Below the pieces are notes generated by a model that made no database searches, was not told where the DNA came from, and saw nothing but the letters and a program-made list of their open reading frames with translations. From contig NZ_CP011041.1 of assembly GCF_002310835.1 (NCBI RefSeq), positions 1,110,001 to 1,142,000 on the forward strand: DNA of 32,000 nt, read 5' to 3'. Below are positions 27,221-32,000 of this stretch, one piece after another (the first letter of the stretch is position 1; each line of letters begins with the position of its first letter). This DNA is from Pseudoalteromonas tetraodonis (GTDB lineage Bacteria > Pseudomonadota > Gammaproteobacteria > Enterobacterales > Alteromonadaceae). A program made the position numbers and the translations under genes.

Positions 27221-30200
27221 ATGATATTTAAAGCGCTTAAAAAGTTAACAAAAACAGTACGCTTTTCTATTCGTTTGACGGTTGTGGCAGTATTTGTGTT
27301 GGCAACGTCTATTACCGCTATTATAGCCACGAGCTTACAGTATTATTTTAGTGAAAAAATGGCGCTCGAGTCGAATGTGCAACACTTTAATATGACCACT
27401 CAATCGGTTGCTGATTACCTAACACGCATTAATGAAAAATCTGAAAATACTTTATATATGATGGTAAAAAACACCTCGTTAGTCGGTGAAAACCTTTCAG
27501 ATAAAACAGAGCTACGAAATGTATTAAGTGAAATGATGGATTTGAATCCTTTGTTTTATGCTTTTTATATGGGCTATAACAATGGTGACTATTTTGAGGT
27601 TATTAATCTTGAAAGTAGTGCGATGGTTCGTCAGCGCCTTGGTGCAACGGATAATGACCGCTGGGTCGTTATTCAAATAAAATCTGAAGAAGGGCAAAGA
27701 ATACAGCAAACGCTTTATTTTGATGCGTCATTTAGCTTAAGAGAAAAAACCAAAAAACCGACGTATTTTGATCCCCGCGAGCAAGCATGGTTTAAGCAAG
27801 CAAACTCACAGCAAGTAAACAAAACCAAGCCTTATCTATTTACCCATTTACAAACCTCTGGGCAAACGTATTCGATTAAGATAGCGGGTAAAAATCATGT
27901 GCTTGGCTTAGGGATTATCGTTGATAACATGTCTAATTATTTAATCGAACAGAAACAGCGTTTGGAGATGCACAGCTCAACACAGTTACTTATTTATAAC
28001 CGAGAAGGAGAAATTATTGCCTCAAATCAGCCCTTTAGCTCAACGGTTGAGGCAAGGCTAAATCGGTTGGTACTGGATGAGCAACAGCAAAAAATAGTTG
28101 CCAAATATCCTACTATCACAGTTTCAAATGAAACCAATTGGGCACCTATGGATTTTAGTGTCAGTGGTAAGCCTAAAGGCTACAGTGTTGAATATATAAA
28201 TGCGATTGCTGAACTGTTGGGTATTAAGGTTAATTATATTAATGGACTCAGTTGGCAAGAATTACTTAATTTATTTGAAAATAAGCAGATAGATGTGATT
28301 CATCCGGTACTTAATACAGCATCGAATAATACATTGGGTATGCTCAGTATACCCATGGTAACTTTGCCTTTAAGTATTGTTAATCAACAAAACAATCCAC
28401 CAATTACCCATATGCAGCAACTTGCTGGTAAGTCAGTTGCGGTGGGAGAGGGCTGGTCAATTGTAAAAATATTACGAGCGCAATTTCCAGAAATTAACCT
28501 CGTGGAAGTTCCCAACACAAAGGCGTTGTTAATGCATGTTGCCAATGGTGATACTTATGCGGGAATAGACAGCAAAGCCGTATTGCAATATATACAGCAG
28601 CAATTTTTTATTGAGGGGATCCAGTACAATCCGCTTGATGAAGACAGTGCCGCGCTTTTTTCAAATGACTACCATTTATTGTTTCAAAACCAAGACGCAC
28701 AATTAAAAGCTTTGTTTGATTACGCCGCCACGCAACTTCCTCTGCAATTTAAACAACAGCTTAGTGATAAATGGCTCAATACTAACTCAGGGAAAAAATC
28801 AAAAATTGTAGGCACTGTTCCTGATGAGCAATTAATCACTTTATTGGATGATGATAGTAACTTCTCTAAGCTACAGTTAGTGAACATTAATGGTAAAGAA
28901 CAGTATGTTTTTATTAAGCCACTATCTGATTATTTAGCGCTAGCTAGTACGGGCTATTTAGCCATTATGGTTTCTAAAGAAGATGTATTGAGCTCCACAA
29001 GAGAAAAAATAAAGCTTTCAATAATAATTACGGTTGCCTGCTTAATTATGATGTTACCAGTGTCGTGGTTTTTTGCATCCCCCATTGTCGGTCCTATTAA
29101 AACGCTGGTGGGTGAAAACAATAAAATTAAAAATCGGCAGTTTAAACAAGTCTCGACTTTAAAAAGTCATATTAAAGAAATTAATACGTTAGCTTACTCT
29201 ATGGTTGATATGAGTAAGTCGATACAGCAACATGAAGACAGTCAAAAAGCACTCATGGCGTCGTTTATCGAGTTAATAGCACAAGCCATTGATGATAAAT
29301 CTCCCTATACAGCGGGGCATTGCGAGCGCGTACCTGAACTCGGTATTGAGCTTGCTAAGGCCGCTTCAGAGTCAGAGTTACCCGCTTTTAAAGGGTTTAA
29401 GTTTAAAAATGATGATGAGGTTGAAGAATTTAGTTTAGCCGCTTGGCTACATGATTGCGGTAAAATAACCACTCCAGAGCACATAGTTGATAAAGGCACT
29501 AAGCTGGAGACTATTTATAATCGTATTCATGAAATTAGAACGCGTTTTGAGGTACTTTGGCGAGATGCCGAACTTGATTACTATAAATCATTGCAACACA
29601 GTCCTCAAAATCAGCTCGACTTAACCAAGCAGTTGGCAGCTAAACAGCAACAGTTGCTGGACGACTTTGCTTTTATTGCACAGTGTAATATTGGCGGCGA
29701 AAAAATCACAGAAGCTGCCCTTGAGCGTTTAACTGCGTTGAGTAATATTACTTGGCAGCGTCATTTTGACGATAAGTTGGGGCTTTCACCAGTAGAAATG
29801 TATCGCTATGAAGGGACTGATGACACGCTTCCCATCACAGAAAAATTACTCAGTGATAAACCTTGGCACTTAATTCCTCATGATAAGCCGATTGAATATG
29901 ATGAGCGTTTAGGGATTAAAATTGCCCCATGTAAATATAAATATAACCTAGGGGAGCTTTATAATTTAACAGTTTCAAGAGGCACTCTTACTAAAGAGGA
30001 TAGGTTTAAAATTAATGAGCACATGATAAGTACGATACGTATGCTCGATACACTGCCGTTCCCTAAAGAACTTGAGCGCGTACCGCGTTATGCCTCTACC
30101 CATCACGAAACATTAATCGGCACAGGCTATCCGCGTAAACTCAATGCGGATGACTTATCGATACCTGAGCGGGTGTTGGTACTTGCTGACATTTTTGAAG

Positions 30201-30406
30201 CATTAACAGCAGCCGACAGGCCCTATAAAAAGGCAAAAACACTCAGTGAGTCCATCGGTATATTAGCTAAAATGGTGGCCGATCAGCATGTTGATAAAGC
30301 CGTATTTGAATTATTTTTAAGTTCAGGTATTTATCTTGATTATGCTAAGCGTTATCTCAATGCTGAACAAATAGATGAAGTAGATATTTCTAAATATATA
30401 ACTTAG
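27221..30406 (+). CDS. Membrane HD-GYP phosphodiesterase-type receptor with composite periplasmic sensor (Cache-like plus SBP_bac_3-like)
   Basis: TM1 spans residues 17-39. The periplasmic region has Cache-like strings (NPLFYAFYMGYNNGDYFEV, KPYLFTHL.TSGQTYSI, LLIYNREGEIIASN). It also has a family-3 solute-binding-protein-like block (NWAPMDF...GKPKGYSVEYINAIAELLGIKVNYI..SWQELLNLFENKQIDVI). TM2 spans residues 598-620. HD is at 29450-29455 (WLHDCGK). HHE..GTGYP is present, with GGC TAT CCG at 30125-30133. Confidence 0.9.
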   Translation: MIFKALKKLTKTVRFSIRLTVVAVFVLATSITAIIATSLQYYFSEKMALESNVQHFNMTTQSVADYLTRINEKSENTLYMMVKNTSLVGENLSDKTELRNVLSEMMDLNPLFYAFYMGYNNGDYFEVINLESSAMVRQRLGATDNDRWVVIQIKSEEGQRIQQTLYFDASFSLREKTKKPTYFDPREQAWFKQANSQQVNKTKPYLFTHLQTSGQTYSIKIAGKNHVLGLGIIVDNMSNYLIEQKQRLEMHSSTQLLIYNREGEIIASNQPFSSTVEARLNRLVLDEQQQKIVAKYPTITVSNETNWAPMDFSVSGKPKGYSVEYINAIAELLGIKVNYINGLSWQELLNLFENKQIDVIHPVLNTASNNTLGMLSIPMVTLPLSIVNQQNNPPITHMQQLAGKSVAVGEGWSIVKILRAQFPEINLVEVPNTKALLMHVANGDTYAGIDSKAVLQYIQQQFFIEGIQYNPLDEDSAALFSNDYHLLFQNQDAQLKALFDYAATQLPLQFKQQLSDKWLNTNSGKKSKIVGTVPDEQLITLLDDDSNFSKLQLVNINGKEQYVFIKPLSDYLALASTGYLAIMVSKEDVLSSTREKIKLSIIITVACLIMMLPVSWFFASPIVGPIKTLVGENNKIKNRQFKQVSTLKSHIKEINTLAYSMVDMSKSIQQHEDSQKALMASFIELIAQAIDDKSPYTAGHCERVPELGIELAKAASESELPAFKGFKFKNDDEVEEFSLAAWLHDCGKITTPEHIVDKGTKLETIYNRIHEIRTRFEVLWRDAELDYYKSLQHSPQNQLDLTKQLAAKQQQLLDDFAFIAQCNIGGEKITEAALERLTALSNITWQRHFDDKLGLSPVEMYRYEGTDDTLPITEKLLSDKPWHLIPHDKPIEYDERLGIKIAPCKYKYNLGELYNLTVSRGTLTKEDRFKINEHMISTIRMLDTLPFPKELERVPRYASTHHETLIGTGYPRKLNADDLSIPERVLVLADIFEALTAADRPYKKAKTLSESIGILAKMVADQHVDKAVFELFLSSGIYLDYAKRYLNAEQIDEVDISKYIT

Positions 30407-30463
30407 GGCCAAAGCGTTAAAATTAAACCGCTTAGCGCTAACAATGTTTTTAATCACTTGTTT

Positions 30464-30492
30464 TTTACTTTGTAGATAAAAGTACGTACAAT
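30464..30492 (+). promoter_or_regulatory. Candidate sigma-70 promoter for epmC
   Basis: TTTACT (30464-69), a 17-nt spacer, then TACAAT (30487-92). It lies about 80 nt upstream of the epmC ATG. This is a sequence match only. Confidence 0.3.
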
Positions 30493-30571
30493 TCGCTTCG
30501 TTTTTAGTGTGCTTTATACTAATTTCATCTGTCTTTAAAGCATCGGGTTCAAACGAGTATACGAAGTATTT

Positions 30572-31126
30572 ATGCACCAAGTAGCTGATCTGATTTCTAT
30601 TTTCGAACACACTTTTTACCAAAGCTATAACACGCGTTTGGTAAAAGGTGATCATGAGCCTATTTACATTCCCGCAAATGATACAACCCCGCATCATCAA
30701 ATTATGTTTGCCCATGGTTTTTATGCCAGCGCATTGCATGAAATAGCCCATTGGTTAGTGGCAGGTTCTCAGCGCCGCTTAGTTGAAGATTATGGTTATT
30801 GGTATTGCCCTGATGGGCGCGATGCTTCACAGCAAGCGGAGTTTGAATCAGTAGAGGTAAAACCTCAAGCAATAGAGTGGGCATTGAGTGTGGCTGCCGG
30901 GTTTGATTTTAACGTATCGGTAGATAATTTAAATGGTGAGCAAACATGTCGATTTGCGTTTCAGTCTCGCGTTCATGCAAAGTTATTAGAGTTATTGCAA
31001 AACGGGTTTAACCCAAGAACAACCTTACTATTAAAAGCACTGTGTAAATTTTATAACACCACGTGGCCATTACATGCTGCGCAGTTTTCATGGCATTCTC
31101 CCGAGGAGTTAAAAGATGCAGTTTAA
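30572..31126 (+). CDS. epmC: Elongation factor P hydroxylase EpmC (YfcM)
   Basis: The 184-aa ORF is collinear with E. coli EpmC. Shared segments are F....NTRL.KGD.EPIY.PA, FAHGFYASA.HEI.HW..AG..RR...D.GYWYCPDGRD and F..VEVKPQA..W. Confidence 0.9.
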   Translation: MHQVADLISIFEHTFYQSYNTRLVKGDHEPIYIPANDTTPHHQIMFAHGFYASALHEIAHWLVAGSQRRLVEDYGYWYCPDGRDASQQAEFESVEVKPQAIEWALSVAAGFDFNVSVDNLNGEQTCRFAFQSRVHAKLLELLQNGFNPRTTLLLKALCKFYNTTWPLHAAQFSWHSPEELKDAV

Positions 31127-32000
31127 GTTAGGATTGATTGTAAATCCGGTCGCAGGGCTCGGTGGTAGTGTTGCGCTTAAGGGCAGTGACGGTGAAGACA
31201 CCGCTGCTAAAGCCATTGCATTAGGTGCAGAGCCTAAGTCAAATAGCCGCACTAAAGCTGCACTTGAAGTGCTTGTACCTCATCAATCAAACATTACTAT
31301 TTATACTGTTAATGATGAAATGGGGGAGCAAACAGCAAAAGCGTTGGGCTTTAATACGCAAGTGGTTTATCAAAGTAACTCACCCACAACCAGTGACGAT
31401 ACCGAAGCTGCAGCTCGTTTATTACAGCAACAAGGTGTAGATTTAATCTTATTTGCTGGTGGCGACGGAACGGCGCGCAATATTTGCCATGCTGTAGAAG
31501 ACTCTGTACCCGTGTTGGGCATTCCTGCTGGGTGTAAAATTCATTCCGGCGTCTATGCCATAACGCCAAAAGCCGCAGGCCGTGTAGTTGAAATGCTGGT
31601 AAAAGGTGAGCTGGTAACATTAAGCGATGCTGATGTCATGGACATTGATGAAGTGGCTTTTCGCCAAGGAACAGTAAAAGCAAAACGTTATGGTGAAATG
31701 CAAGTGCCAAGTGAAGTGCGCTATGTACAAGCGGTTAAAAATGGCGGTAAAGAAACTGACGAGCTGGTGCTAGCAGATATAGCTGCTTATGTCGTTAGTG
31801 AAATGGATGCCGATATCCTCTATGTCATGGGTAGTGGCTCTACCGTTGGCGCAGTGATGGAAGAGATGGGGCTTGAAAACACCTTACTCGGTGTTGATCT
31901 CGTTGAAGATCAAGCTTTAGTAGGGCAAGACCTAACAGCCCAGCAACTTCTTGAACTTACCAAAGAACGTGAAACAAAGTTAGTGATCACCCTAATTGGC
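31116..32000 (+). CDS. ATP-NAD kinase / diacylglycerol-kinase-like family protein (partial, runs off right edge)
   Basis: I translated this myself, since it is open-ended and not in the ORF track. The N-terminus reads MQFKLGLIVNPVAGLGGSVALKGSDGEDTAAKAIALGAEP. Further in are LILFAGGDGTARNICHAV..VPVLGIPAGCKIHSGVYA and YVMGSGSTV. The GGDGT motif and 295 uninterrupted codons support it. The ATG at 31116 overlaps the epmC 3' end by 11 nt. Confidence 0.8.
   Translation, partial: MQFKLGLIVNPVAGLGGSVALKGSDGEDTAAKAIALGAEPKSNSRTKAALEVLVPHQSNITIYTVNDEMGEQTAKALGFNTQVVYQSNSPTTSDDTEAAARLLQQQGVDLILFAGGDGTARNICHAVEDSVPVLGIPAGCKIHSGVYAITPKAAGRVVEMLVKGELVTLSDADVMDIDEVAFRQGTVKAKRYGEMQVPSEVRYVQAVKNGGKETDELVLADIAAYVVSEMDADILYVMGSGSTVGAVMEEMGLENTLLGVDLVEDQALVGQDLTAQQLLELTKERETKLVITLIG

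Noticed and set aside
30323-30751. 142-aa minus-strand ORF spanning the HD-GYP 3' end, the intergenic region and the epmC 5' end
   Set aside because: It overlaps two confidently assigned + strand genes. It has an AT-rich, Ile/Phe/Asn/Lys-biased translation and no SD.
31225-31620. ORF-track entries 31225-31440 (+) and 31351-31620 (-)
   Set aside because: Both are out of frame with, and contained within, the open-ended ATP-NAD-kinase-like ORF starting at 31116. That ORF has a GGDGT motif and 295 stop-free codons.
1-32000. Mobile elements, CRISPR arrays, tRNA/rRNA genes, prophage or defence-island signatures
   Set aside because: I recognised no transposase, integrase, recombinase or Cas-like protein in any frame. 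No regularly spaced direct repeats are present. No intergenic region is large enough or shaped like a tRNA or rRNA. The only repeat-like structure is the single palindrome at 23371-23540.

Overview
This looks like an ordinary chromosomal, housekeeping-type segment of a moderately AT-rich gammaproteobacterium. Gene content and protein sequences look Alteromonadales/Pseudoalteromonas-like, but that is inference only. I call about 27 protein-coding genes. I found no rRNA, tRNA, CRISPR array, transposase or integrase.

Gene order, left to right:
- 5' end of yciH (-)
- divergent GAF/fRMsr-like protein (+) and aspC (+)
- eight-gene minus-strand block: moxR, DUF58, DUF4381, batA, batB/batC fusion, batD, ECF sigma, DUF3379 anti-sigma
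- fadI-fadJ (+), preceded by a FadR-like palindrome
- yjbR-like (-), yeiP/EF-P-like (+), small membrane ORF (+)
- PAS-PAS-GGDEF-EAL (-), signal-less M16 insulinase/pitrilysin (-), sixA (+)
- AEC transporter (-), smrB (-), prmB-aroC (+), DUF4112 (+)
- secreted 2H-phosphoesterase-like protein (-)
- 1061-aa membrane HD-GYP receptor (+), epmC (+)
- an overlapping ATP-NAD-kinase-like gene that runs off the right edge and is absent from the ORF track

The fadIJ / sixA / smrB-prmB-aroC / epmC backbone resembles the E. coli 52-53 min region. I do not see an unambiguous new multi-gene system.

The signals least explained by the gene calls are:
- a ~170-nt nested palindrome in the smrB-prmB intergenic region, followed by a terminator-like hairpin that carries an 8-codon mini-ORF
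- the ECF sigma/anti-sigma pair appended to the Bat/MoxR-VWA operon
- the secreted 2H phosphoesterase divergent from an HD-GYP receptor whose periplasmic sensor looks like an SBP domain nested inside a dCache fold
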